From Catajapyx aquilonaris (taxonomy: Eukaryota): DNA of 64,000 nucleotides. Each line of letters opens with the position of its first letter. Position 1 is the stretch's first letter. The DNA lies in assembly GCA_000934665.2 (NCBI GenBank), contig KZ538020.1:62001-126000 (forward strand), given 5' to 3'. The position numbers were made by a program, and so were the translations under genes. The notes under the pieces are model-generated. The model did not search any database and was not told the DNA's origin. It saw only the letters and a program-made list of their open reading frames with translations. This document shows positions 1-12,100 of this stretch, piece by piece.

Positions 1-291
1 CCTGAGACCTTTCACTGCTATATTATGTGGCGACCCTACCGGACTACGCTGAACTTTATAGGTACAAAAAGGAAGTGCTACATTGGGTGACCCAACATGG
101 TCGCCGGCGGCCATGTTGGGCCCGTATGTAGCAGCTGCTCTTCTACCTTAGTTCAGCGTGGTCCGGTAGGGTCGCCACATAATACAGCAGTGAAAAGCTG
201 TCTCATGACGCTCTCAAGTGAGCACCTCATGCAAAACGCCCCGGCAGGCGATAAGAGGGAGTGTCCAGACCTTAGTTTTCTAAGACCACGG
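1..291. mobile_element. Palindromic (foldback) MITE, family C; centre and right arm, left end outside the window
   Basis: 3-55 (TGAGAC..TATTATGTGGCGACCCTACCGGACTACGCTGAACT) pairs with ~150-205. 200-291 is the reverse complement of ~41695-41773. Its terminal module GTGTCCAGACCTTAGTTTTCTAAGACCACGG recurs at ~41902-41932. Confidence 0.75.
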
Positions 292-464
292 TGCGAGCCG
301 TGCGAGTGAGAAATGGTAGCCCTTGAATGACGTCACTGGCTGGGGGGCAATTGCCCCCCCCCCCCCAGCTGGTGACGTCACTCAAGGCCTACCTCTTCTT
401 ACTCGCACGGCTGCCGCCTCAGAAAATGTCGCAAACAGTATGACGCGATTAATGTCCAACACTG
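292..464. mobile_element. Right part of a Tc1-like MITE, family B (CAGTGTTGG termini)
   Basis: Internal hairpin (TGACGTCAC..GTGACGTCA) and terminus CGATTAATGTCCAACACTG followed by TA. Homologous to the full copy at 57422-57798. Confidence 0.7.
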
Positions 465-1745
465 TACATAACCATACAGGCTACCTGAAGAGAAGCGCCT
501 CTTAAGACACACCTAATGATGCATGTCATGTCCGAATATCGCGTGTTCGTAACATAAGAAATGTCTGCACTAGCTGGATTCGTTTTCAAAAAGCCATACT
601 AAGGACTAGCAGTGAGAAATAAAAAACTGCCCTTATCTTGTACGCGCAGAAAATAAATAGAGATATGACAAAAGAACGAGACTGCATCACGCAATGTTTG
701 TAATACCGTTTCATTTGACAATATTTCATGCTGACCTGAGGTTTATATCGTCTTCTCAGATACGTACAGACCTATCCAAATCGGTTCACCACCAGAGCAA
801 AAAGAAGCAGTGTTTCCAGACCCCTAAGGCCACTCATTTCTCCAGCCAACCCCCTCGGTCCCTGTCATCTCGTGACTCAACGACAGCACCCCCCGAACTT
901 TTATTTTCGCCAATTTTTCCACCTGCATCCATTTAATTGTGTGGGGCAGATAATCAGGATTTATGGCTATCGATAACCGAGGGTCCGTGACGGCGTCTTC
1001 CGGTTCAAAAAAGTCATTAGGACTGCCGTTCCCCTCAGACACACTTCGCCTTCATAAAGTTATAATTTCAACTGATAACAAATAAGACTTATAATCAGCA
1101 CGAGAACTTTTTATTGGTAATAAAATTGGAGGTTGAAATATGTAACAGACGAATGGGGGAAGGGAGATGAGAGAGGGTGAAGACTATAGTTGGAAGAAAA
1201 AGAGGAGTCTTTTGTGAGGGAGGGAGTCATCACCTAGATGCGGCTGTCTATCTTGTGCTAGGGATTTGCTCGGGCGACTCAACCTAACGACCTTTTTCTG
1301 CAAATGAGGCTTTGCGCATAATTAAGGAAATCAAAGAAAATGCGACGCGATTCTTTCTACGCCGCCGGCTGACAATGGCTCGCATAAACCGTGATCGAAT
1401 CTGCAGCTAATGCCCATTGCCCCGCGGTAGATTGATTCGGCCACGCCCAGTACCTAAAGATAACAATGTTCATCTCACCTTTGGGCACTCCCAGTCACTA
1501 ATCGAATGGTGTTGCTGCAATAAAGACATCAAGTGGATACTTTACAACCCTTGCCACAAGCGTGCCCAGGAATCCATCTGATAGGGATGCATTTAAAATT
1601 GGAACAAAAATGACCATAAAATTGTTTGTAATTACAATTTCAAGATTTTGAGAAGCATGTCCTATCAGGATATAGGTGTGAAGCACTAACTAGCAAAACA
1701 AAATTATATAAAAATTATTAATACAGTAGATCAGTCATTCCTATA

Positions 1746-1927
1746 GGCATAACTGGACGATGTCGTGCAAGTGGCCGAAACTAATTGAGACCGGTAGAAC
1801 ATACACCCAAACTATAGTACTAAATCTGCATAATTCTGCCACAAATGACAGAAAAGAACACTGAATTAATTTCACAGGTATCACCTTCAAAGCAATTGTT
1901 CTCATGTGGGTTGACTCATTATTGCAT
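1746..1927. mobile_element. Degenerate copy of the MITE at 30719-30966, containing a short family A end fragment
   Basis: 1822-1927 aligns to ~30841-30941 (AAAAGAACACTGAATTAATTTCAC..CATGTGGGTTGACTCATTATTGCAT). 1769-1797 (AAGTGGCCGAAACTAATTGAGACCGGTAG) matches the right end of the family A copy at 46259-46287. Confidence 0.65.
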
Positions 1928-4068
1928 GTACTAGCGCCGCAACCACATGGTGGCCGAGTTATGAACTTCGCTGTCCACAACATTTTCCAATATCCTCCCT
2001 TCGAAAGCGGTTTGTGAAACATGTGCAAACTCCTTGTAATTACCTTGTGCTTGAGGACAAAAAATTGCATTCGACTTCCCCCCCCAATCCCCTTCTCTTC
2101 ACCCCTCCGTGACTTTCCAAGTTTATAGCCCGCCTTTATTGGATAGCCATTTATTGGATGAATATTAATTCTCGCTTTATCAGATAGGCTTATTAGCCCG
2201 TCGCAGCATCCTCGTCTCCTTGGGTACACAGAGCAGCATCTCCCCACCCTCCAACACTGTCCTCCCCCCCTCCTCTTCCCTTGGCAATGACGGAATGAGA
2301 TTTTTAATTATTTCAAGCAGAGGAATCGGCGCCTTCAGCCTCGGGGACAAAAAAAAGAGAGACTTTCGCCGCACATCTCTCCAATCTTCTTCCCCAGCCG
2401 GCCTACAGGGTGTCACACAACGACCTATTTTCTCCCCCTCCTCTCTGGTAATGTCCCGTCATCCATTCGCCAGCAGGCACGCTGTTAGTTGTCCGGCAGT
2501 AAGGGAGACAGAGTTGAGAATAATGCAGACAGAACGCAGCGGTCGGTCCGGTGATTGCTCGTGATAAACAACGCGTTTTGGTAAACAAATGGCAGGAATC
2601 GATCTCCTTTGATGGCGGCCAAGTATTTGCAGGCAGCAACATCCGGCGGCAACGTCTCTGGCGCCCTGTGTACAGCAATTACCCACAGCAGCCATCCCAA
2701 TTATCATTTCAGGCAGCGGGCGCCACAGACAGGAGGGGAAAGGCAACACAAGCCTCTGCTGCCAAAGTCTCCCAACATGCGCCAGGGCGATATTAGACTG
2801 GAATTCAATCACACATTAACCACAAATTTGTAAAGTAATTTCCCCTCCAAGTCTCAGAGATGTGCTCTCTCCCGCCTTACTCAGCATCCCAACACCCTCC
2901 CAGTTCCTCTCATTCAATCAACCCACTTCAGGGCTGTCCAACATTTTTTTAAACCCCTTGACTTTTACCATTCACCGCCTTGCACTTACTGCAACTGCTG
3001 ATGAGTTCAAGATGGGGTTAGAAATTGTCATTTAGAAAAATATTTGTTTAGAAAACCAATTAATTAATATACAGTATTATTGTGTCTGTAATACGTATTT
3101 AAGATATGTGGATATGTTATAATGTCCTGATAATTATATGATTTACAAAATAGCCATACAGGAATCCGCAACCATCAAGCACTCGTCAAGATGGTTGCAT
3201 ATCACCAGGATATGTCTGACTATTTTTTTGGCAAACACTATGCTCTCAAATATTAAGTAAACCAATTTGTAAAACAGAATTTGAGTGATTTTTGAACAAA
3301 TGACTGAAATATCACCGTTATTTGAGTGAATTTAAAGTTTTGAATGAACAATAAAGTTCGAAGTGATGAATCACTCAAAAAGTTCAGTTCATATAAACAT
3401 ACACACAAACTTTCTTCTTCTACATATATGTAGACATTGGAGAGCCCTAGCTCTTCTAACCCTTCTTGTGCTTGCGGCTCAAAAGAGGGGGGAAAGGGGG
3501 AAAATCTCACTTTCTTTCTCTCTCTGTTTCATCCCCTCCTTCCCTCTCCTCCCTCTTCCTCATTCCCTCCTCTCATCCCATCCCGTCCGCCTGCTGCCGA
3601 TCTTTCATTTCCATCGTTCCGCATGAAAACCCCCGCCATCCGCGACGACAATCCCATGTATTAATTCGCCCGGCTAACACCGAGGTTATTGATGAAAAAT
3701 TGTCTCATTTCCTCGAAATTAACGACTCCCTTAAAACACATAGAAGCGCCAGGGGGGAAAAGTGGGTAAGGAATGAAACCCAAGGATCCTTTTTTTTGGG
3801 AGGGGGGGAAGGAGTGGGGGGTAACTTTTAAGACCTTCTCGACACTCCAGCAAGTACTGAGTCCAACTTGAGTCTGTATGGTGAATCTCAAGCGCGTCTT
3901 CTTGGGTGTGAAAACTTTTCGTCTGAGGTTTACAATGTTTTTGCGTCATATTCAGTGAATTTTTTTGAAGTTATGTATAAATTCATCCTTAATATTAAAA
4001 AGTCACTTTTCATCCTTGCAAGATGCAACCCAAATTTCAATTTTGCAATACATTGGAGACAATATGAC

Positions 4069-4140
4069 CCCCTCGCGGAACCCCTCGCGGAACCCATCGC
4101 GGAACCCATCGCGGAACCCCTCGCGGACCACCCCATGGAC
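4069..4140. repeat. 12-bp minisatellite (CCC[C/A]TCGCGGAA) x5 plus one degenerate unit
   Basis: Head-to-tail tandem units read directly from the sequence. Confidence 0.9.
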
Positions 4141-5086
4141 CACCTCTACATGATGTTTTCACATGAATTTTGTCCCATCGTGCACATTGCACAACCCTAA
4201 AGGTCGACAGGTATAGTTTCTCCGATTTGAGTAGGATTTGTCTCCGGTGGTGAAGGTTGAGAAGAAACGTGTAGATGGTGGTTGAGGTTCCGAGTCGGAA
4301 AGCGATACGCCAGATAGAGGACGGGTTAATTCCAGGCGTCGAGACCAAAGACCCTCGTAAAAACGAGACTAATATTCACTCGTCTTCCCTCAGAGACACT
4401 TCAAGCCAACCCTTTTCCCAAATTCCGACTGATAAGCTAATACAGGCTTGTGGGAATTTACGAGAGGAGCTGGATGTGGATGGGGGGGNGGGGGAATGGA
4501 AGGGGGAAAAAAAGAATAAAAAGTAGGAGAGGACCCGGAGAAGAGAAGGTGTTCCGGGCCCCACACTTTCCTTTGCGCTGCTGAACCCTCAAATTAATTA
4601 TTAAATCCATCACGGTAAAGCCTCGTGTTCCATACACCTCCATTCGCGAGTAATCTTCTACATATTCGGCTAATTTGCATGCATGTTTAAGGGGGGGCCA
4701 TTTAGTTTAGCTCGGGCTTCGGTTCTTCCTGATGCACGCGCCACTCGTTATATGCACCAAACAACTCCCATCATCATTATCATCATCATCATCACTTGGA
4801 TATGATCGATAAGTGCCGATTCGTGGTACAGGTGTCGCACTCGGATCATACCTTTTTTTTCCTAGAAATACAGAGTTCTCGTGAGCCAACCTCAGCTAAT
4901 GGCTATCAGAGTTCGGCTATTACCTTGTCGCAATTTGGAAAATGGCCCAATTAATCAAAGGCGGCGTCATGCGACTATTCATTTCCATCCAGGAAAAAGA
5001 GGGGGAAACGAGATGGAATAATATGGGCCAGGGGAAAAAAGGCGTGGCATCACCCACACACATCTGTAACACACATTACAGCCTAC

Positions 5087-5197
5087 CTCATCGGCAGTCT
5101 TTTTGAATTGGCGGCAAAGTTCCAGCAGTTCCTTCCTGGAGACAACGCTTTCATCTTGACGCTGGCTCACTTCTGATGTCTGCAGGTCCAGCTCTTC
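5087..5197 (-). CDS. cut/CUX1: Internal coding exon of a cut/CUX1-CASP gene (N-terminal coiled-coil exon, equivalent to vertebrate CUX1 exon 2)
   Basis: 111 bp, phase 0/0, acceptor CTTTATTTACAG| and donor GAG|GTAGGC. The peptide EELDLQTSEVSQRQDESVVSRKELLELCRQFKKTADE aligns without gaps to recalled human CUX1/CASP [37 protein letters not shown] (18/37 identical, including RQDES, SRK and FKK). The similarity starts and stops at the splice sites. Confidence 0.88.
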
Positions 5198-5351
5198 CTG
5201 TAAATAAAGATTGGAAATGCTGATTGTCCATTTTTTGGTTGCATGTGTCGTCATCGCACCTTTGGGAGCATAAATCAACTCGGGGGTGGGAAGTTTACGG
5301 CCACAGTGTGCCGGATATATTTTACCTTCACATAATATGCTCAGAACTTAT

Positions 5352-5475
5352 GTACTATCAGGTTCAATGAGTTTATCCTGGTCTTGAAGCAACCCTTCAC
5401 ACACTTCCTCACAGTGGGGCCTGTGCGAAGGGTTGCTTCAAGACCAGGATAAAGTGGCCGGAATTATAACCTGAG
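5352..5475. mobile_element. Palindromic MITE family A, copy 1 (CTATCAGGTT end variant, left arm partly deleted)
   Basis: Core TTTATCCTGGTCTTGAAGCAACCCTTC..GAAGGGTTGCTTCAAGACCAGGATAAA is shared with five other copies. Confidence 0.85.
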
Positions 5476-6690
5476 ACAATGCATGTTTTGAGAAGACACC
5501 GACAGCAAGTTGCATAGTGAGCAAGAAGCAGGCGCCATTTTGGAGCCACACCTGGCCCAGCGGGACATCAGGTGCATGACGCCATATCCAACCTGCCAAT
5601 CACTTTTTTTTCCCTCCCCTACCTTCCACCTTGCATGCTATCAACTGACCGATTCTATAGCATGTTCCATAAGAAACCAGCCATATCTCTCTGGCATGCC
5701 CTCCTGGTTTTATCCTGCCACGTGACAGCTCCATCTGTGCTTGGCTGGCCCAGAATGCAATCTGGACCAGTCTTCCGTTGACAATATCCCCTCATAGTCG
5801 GATGGGGATATATAGGCCTATATTGTATAGTTAGAGAGCTGAAAGCTATAGGCCCGGCAGCCCTGCAGGGGCGGGCCACGATAGGTCATGGTTGTCGTGT
5901 TTCCAGTGATGGGGACGCGGTCCCTTCGCTCCAGAGGGCATCAGAGTGCGCGCCGCCCGGAACAGGCCTGCTGCTTGCTCTCATCCTGCATCAACGATTT
6001 TTTCGCTCAGTTTTTTCATCCCCCCCNAAGGCTCCACGACGTTTTTTTTGACAACCAAACAATGCAACGTCTCTGCATTTCCCATTACCGGTTCTATCGC
6101 ACCGATCATAACTCCTTCATCTTTACTTACCTCTCCTGTGGGTGCGATTGGTCACGCCCCCTACCCAATTCTGGGTCCTTTTTATTTCCATCGCCCATCT
6201 CCTTACTTTTGTTTCTGCTCCCAGAACGATCATCTTTTCGTTTCTTTATCTTTTCAGAGAGAGGAGGGGTGCAGTGCAGAATTTGATTTCCATAAGCTCG
6301 GTGCATAAGAGGATTCTCCAAGGCTATCCGGTTGATACAATGGGACAAGTATGCATAATAAGGGGACGATCCATTTCAAAATATGGGCCCGATTTTTGTG
6401 GCTCTTTGTTTTTTACGTCTAGGGAGCCTTGTGGATAGTGGTTTTTGAAACGTTTTCTTCAAAGGGAAATGGTGCTGAAATGTAGTCAATTATGACCACC
6501 CACTTGGTTTACAAATGGCGTTTAAACAAGGACGATTCCAGAGGTTAATTGAGTTAAGTCGCTTTTTACAGAGCAGAAGTGACAACGCCTGGCACATGCT
6601 GTCATCAAAATTATGCGTTGTTGGCACTCTATAAATAGCAGCCTACTCAAATTACTCCCGGATTGTTTTATTTTAAAACACCACGTGTGT

Positions 6691-6735
6691 ATGGCTAGTG
6701 TTGGAATCGAACCCACTGCCTCCACAGTATGGCAA
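6691..6735 (-). mobile_element. tRNA-like 3' half (decayed tRNA-SINE or tRNA pseudogene fragment)
   Basis: Minus strand reads GTGGGTTCGATTCCAACACTAGCCA (Pol III B box / T-arm). No complete cloverleaf. Confidence 0.35.
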
Positions 6736-8169
6736 TGTGGCAGTTCGTTAATCTATAGAGGTGATAAAAGCACACAACGACAGAACCGTTGGAAGGTTTC
6801 AGTAAAAAAAAAGTCCCAAGATTTGTGAGCAGAATAAGCAAAGGACACATGGGAAAAGTGCATATAAATTATGCCTCACAGTCTACATACAGCAAAAAAA
6901 GAACACATGTCGGCATTTGCCAGACTTCTTGTCATCCTGCAAAATCCCCCCCCCCTCCCCCTACTCTTATAGCTTTCCATCCCGTCCACCATCGTCTATC
7001 CCGGAGATCTAAATTCAAGCCAGGAAGAGAATGCAAAAACAAAAACCGCGCCCGCTGTGTTGCAGCCCAGCCCCGGACCCTATTTTTCATGTGATCCGAT
7101 TACGGTAACGAAGTGTCCCTGATGAGTTCCGAATGATGTATCTATTCCAAATGTCATGATAGGAGTAGGCAGGCAGTTAATTCAGTGTCATCCCAAGTCG
7201 AGGCGGAAAGACAGGGTGATGTAAAGTCCCATTTCTAATGATAGCTTTCCATTACGTTGCCTCCCTCCCTGCTGCTGTATATATGCATGATACGAAAGGA
7301 TAAAATATCCTGGGCAGGGAGGAGAAGGAGGAGGAGGAGGGAGAAGGGGGTGGATGGATGTCTTTTAAGGCAAAGTTTTGGGAAGGAACCACAAGAGACA
7401 TGCAGTCAGGAATGGTGAAGAGATGGAATTTTCCTGTGCGTTTCCCTCGGAATATTATATCGCGTTCCCCATGAAAAGTAAGAAACCCACAAAAGTTGCA
7501 ACCGGGTGTCCAAAAAGTTGCCCTATCCACACGGTAGAGTAGCCACATCGTAAACTTTCACATGACTGCTCCTCTCGCATACTTGCACAATTTTGCAACC
7601 GATATCATTCACCCACCCAAATTTCCGGCACACCCTGTGTACTCCTTGCATTATGAATAGCATTCCTCGCCAGTAGCAAGTCCGTCCGTCCATCAGTCCA
7701 TGCACGATGCGTCCATCCAAGCCGACGCAGCCAGCCAGCCAGCAAGCCAACCGACCCAGCAAGCAGAGCCAGCAGCACTTTTGAGCAGCAGCCGCATCAT
7801 CCCCTCTCTGCTCTCACACATTCTCTCTCTCTATCTACCTCCCTATATCTCCTGTGGGAGCCCCGAATCATTTTTGGTTTGTGGAGCGCCCACCCGAGAC
7901 TCGCCTTCTCGTGTAATTACTGCATGGTCTCAGCTGGACAACCGCACTTGCCTATCAATCAATCGCAAAATGCGCCCTTCCGCTGGTACTGCCCCCTCCT
8001 GCTGGCACAACATGCTTCAAAGCCTGCTCTTCATTACACCTTTCTAAAACGAGGGGTGTTTTCTGGGCGTAATCAGCGCACTTGTTCGGCTAGAAAAATG
8101 TTTGATCGCTAGGCACCGGAATTTTTTTTCCCCGGCGGAAAAGGGGGTGCAAAAATCTGAATCTGTTCA

Positions 8170-8330
8170 TTTTACAAGCTCAGCTGGAAGAATATATGCC
8201 GACGATATGGTGTTACTCGCAGCACTAGTACCAATAGCATCAGTTGGACACACTGTTATAGTCAGTCGCAATCGTCCAAGTGGGCGAGGAGGGAAACCGG
8301 CATTGCACTCGTCTAAGTCGGACACTGTTC
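8170..8330 (+). mobile_element. Decayed non-LTR retrotransposon reverse-transcriptase fragment
   Basis: IYADDMVLLA motif at ~8192-8221, followed in shifted frames by QLDTL, SKWARRETGI and SKS. This is the expected motif order downstream of YADD. Confidence 0.55.
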
Positions 8331-8373
8331 CCAGAATGACAAGGTGAAAGGACGGAGGAAGTGGCAACAGTGT

Positions 8374-8526
8374 GACCTGAGGGGGACCTGAGGAGAGACC
8401 TGAGGGGAGACCTGAGGGGAGACCTGAGGGGAACCTGAGGGGAATCTGAGGGGAACCTGAGGGGAAACCTGAGGGGAGACCTGAGGGGAGACCTGAGGGG
8501 AGACCTGAGGGGGACCAGAGGGGACC
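8374..8526. repeat. 11-12-bp minisatellite (GACCTGAGGGGA), about 13 units
   Basis: Head-to-tail tandem units read directly from the sequence. Confidence 0.9.
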
Positions 8527-8591
8527 AGCAGAGGGGATAACCAACAACGGAGCGGGCAATGTAAACCCGACAACAGCTTCAAACTTAAGAG

Positions 8592-8663
8592 GGCCGGTTT
8601 TCTCGGGGTTTCTTCCCGCCCAACCCCAGGGTCGGGCGGGAAGAAACCCCGAGAAAACCGGCC
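8592..8663. repeat. GC-rich hairpin, 30-bp perfect arms with a 12-nt loop (possible mini-MITE)
   Basis: GGCCGGTTTTCTCGGGGTTTCTTCCCGCCC and its exact reverse complement; flanked nearby by TTAA and TTGA. Confidence 0.85.
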
Positions 8664-8749
8664 ATCTTGACTTCCCAGCCTGACTCATCCACCCTCCCTA
8701 TACCCACTTGGGAAAGGTCCTTAAGAAAGTGAACAGACAATATTACAAG

Positions 8750-9150
8750 CCTACATAATATTTGGCAACCAGAGACATAGTTGAAGCTTCCGGCGAGCCA
8801 ATCTTGGAAATGAAGCCTAGCTGTGCAGGAAACGCATGTGCGCCTCACTCACTCACTCAGATGCGTATCCATCCTCTACTTCTGAATCCGGTCCAAAAGG
8901 TGATCGAAACCAGAGATGCAAGGTGGCGGTGGGAATGGACTGTAAGACATACGGAAGAACTGATGGTCCCGATAGTTAGACGGATTGCAGAGATTGACAG
9001 CCGGAAGAAAAATTTTCTAGATATTTCACGACCTGTAGCACACCTCGCCCTGACCTAATCTCACAGTAAAGCTCGGCTGCAAGAATATGATGAAAGTAGG
9101 CTATCAAGATATTCGGGCAGCTAAAAAATAGACGTCGGCGGGCGTCGACG
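8750..9150 (-). pseudogene. Possible highly decayed PIF/Harbinger transposase N-terminal relic
   Basis: Frame-broken minus-strand peptides FHHILAAEL, FFRMS..FDHLLDRIQK*RMDT and KIG..STMS resemble the Harbinger pattern FRMS..FD.LL..I.K.DT..RIG.ST.S. Contains stops and frameshifts. Confidence 0.3.
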
Positions 9151-12100
9151 ACGGCCTTCATAACTGGCCGACACCTATTTTGGGTCTGATGGTGGGACAT
9201 CAAAATCGGGCAAGGAGGAGGAATTGCCGCTTTGAAGCACAGGTATAGCGGTCGCTATCGTCTGGGTCAGCCTCAGAATTAGTTTTGTTTTGTAGCGTAC
9301 TTGGCACCGAATTACTCTGTCGACAGGGCACCTTATCGGGCATTTTCAGCACCCTATCGTTTTATTCCAATTATTTCCACGAGTATTTCACATAGCCTCA
9401 TACTGCACAATATGATCATGTCATTATGCTCAACAACATATTTACCCATTAAATAGGTAGTTAGCGATGCAGAAGGAGCCTCAATTTAATTAACAAATAT
9501 TATAGGCGTACATATAAACAGTTTTACAAACTACCGCTGGAACCTTTCCATTATGGCTGTGCGAGATAGAAAGAAGAGCAAGTAATATCTGCCTCATCAT
9601 TCAGTAATTTGTAAGCGCAATTTTATTGATCGTGGCACTTCACACTTATTAGCGAAACCATACCATACTTGGCATAGCAATGAAAGGTCAGCAAAGACAA
9701 ACTTCATTAGCTTGCAAGCACACACCACCTAACTAATGGCATCGTGACACAAAGAGTGCTCCTATATTCAACACCCACAAAAAGCCCGCCTGATAAGTCA
9801 GTGTTGTCTAAGGTAAACGGCCACTTACAACCTGTAGGAAATGGGACATGGGACAGATCATACATGCCACATTTTCGAATCCCCCGCAATTATTCATTGT
9901 GCCGACTTCTACGAAAAAATAGTTCTAGCCCCAGAAAAGTTGAAGTCCTTCACACCCTCCGCTAGACAAAGAGTTCCACCCATGGGAATTCAGACTTATA
10001 GACGAGGGGGGATTGCAACCCGCTTGTATATTTCAATGCCAGTGACAAAGACCTGACGTCAAGGAACACTGCACAGGCTAATATAAGGACGAAGGTGGAT
10101 GGGGCTTCTGGGGACCCCCCCGAAAATGGAGTCGTCGCAACAGACATTGTCGATAGTCCGTTGTTTTCCAAACCCCACCGTGATCTTAGGATCGGCGTAA
10201 CTCATAGTGGCGGGAGGGGAATGAATGAGTGGGGGGGGTGGGAGGGGGGTGCGATGGCGATATCTCTCATCATTACAGATGTGTTAGTGCAGATTAGCAG
10301 CGGGCCGCGTAGATTTATATTGTTGCGGTGCCAAATGGTTGCATGTCAAGCATAATGAGAGGCGAAACGAGTGCAAAGTCTTGTCTGTCAGGAGGAGCCA
10401 TTTCGTTCAATGGAAAAAAATAGCCGGTCTCTGGCTGGGCCTAATATGCTGGGCTGAGTCCGTCCGCTCGGGTCGAGCCAGGGGTGAGGGAAAAGTAGTG
10501 CCGCTATTGCCCGTGCTAGTTAGTCAGGTTGGTTACAAGCGACAAAATGCCTGGTTCTTGCAGCCTCGACACGTGTCGCGCGATTTGTTCGGGACCAGCA
10601 GGCTCAAGTGTGGCTGCCGCCTCCGCAGTGTGTATGTGTGCGTTACTCCTCATTAGGAGGAGAAGTGAGTGCGTTTAACTAGCTCCATCCCATTCCCCCA
10701 CTTTATCACTCAAGACTTTACAATGAAAGGCGCACTGTACAGTTTCCATTGCGATGATGAATCAGATGTTTCATCCTAATTGAACAAACTCAGAACACAC
10801 ATAATAGTAATCCGTACACAGTGTGTTCCCGAATTACCACCGAAAAATTGTAAGTCGGAACATGAAATTTGGGACTATGTCACTGACCGGCAGAGGCAAC
10901 GAATGTGGTGGCCGGCGATTGCACAAACGCAGTTTCCCGAAAGGGCAAAATGAATGGACTATGACACTAGTTTGTAGATTCGCACTTCCCAACAACGATA
11001 GGCCCGCTTGAATGCTAGGACATTAGTTTCGGAGCCGCCCAAAGATAACTGAGAACTGAAGGCTTCTGCTCTGCGATGATGATGCTGATGAGGATGAACT
11101 CGCTCCAAGCGGGGGTGGAACATACAGGGGGGGGGGGGNNNNNNGGAGGCTGAAAAATAAAAATAAAAAATGTGCCCAGGCACCAAGGATAGAGCCACCA
11201 TTTATTATTTCGGTTAACCTTTTTTTTTTGCGGGCTGGGATGCGATGTCGCTCCCTTTGCCTGGTTGCATCGTTTCGGTGGACTACCACATAAAACAATG
11301 CTGAACCGAATGAAAACCGTGTGATTTCCGCACCCGCTCACACGTGGCATATAATACCGGTTTCAACTTACGCCTGGTGTCGGAGGCTCTTTGCAAAGGA
11401 ATAGGGCGGATGCAGTTTCCTTACTTCATTCCCAAGACCAAACTCGTGCACAATTCGATTCGCGCTGCATGATTTATGCCCCTCATAACCCCTCTAATTC
11501 CATTCCCTGTGCTGTGCCAAGGTGTGAGGTCCATTCTTATTCCTTGCCTTCACCCCTTTCTCGCCCTTATCTTCTCGCCCCCTTATCTATCCCCGGTCCT
11601 TTGATGAGTTCAGTTCCCGGAGGATACAGTCCTCAGACCAGCACACCACAGTGCCTCAACTCTCTATCTCGGTACACCCCAAGACGGCGAATAAGAGCTG
11701 AAGATAGGATGGGATATGGGTAGACGCACAACCAAATGAATTCGCACTCGGCGCCTTGTCCTATAGAGAGAACAGGCACCGACTTCAAGAGGTACGTAGA
11801 AAGACCCGCAAAAATGCGCATTGGCCATGCAAATCCGAGGAGGCCCTTGGTCTGCCTGATGCTGCCTCCCCTCTCGAATATACAAGCCTCCTCACTGGCA
11901 GCAGACAGAGCTGCAGCAATGGCCGCCAATGGCGCTTCACCCTTCAGTGCCAAAATAATAATCCATGGCTTCGCATTTGCATCAATAATTCAAAGAAGTG
12001 AATACATGCTAATGCGCCAGCTTTGATGACGGCCGATAAATCAGATCATTACGCGGGGCTCCATTAGAGCTCGAAGCTCAAATCATTTCTAAATGACTCA

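Noticed and set aside
3731..3949. Peptide KSFHTQEDAL resembling CUX1 KSFQGEIDAL as the next exon
   Set aside because: The match is short, the flanks do not fit (no D.RK.VAP or SKRSK), and there are no suitable splice sites.
6122..6170. Strong minus-strand donor GAG|GTAAGT as the missing first coding exon
   Set aside because: The phase-0 frame has a stop eight codons upstream and no CASP-like sequence. It could still be a non-coding exon, but this is unsupported.
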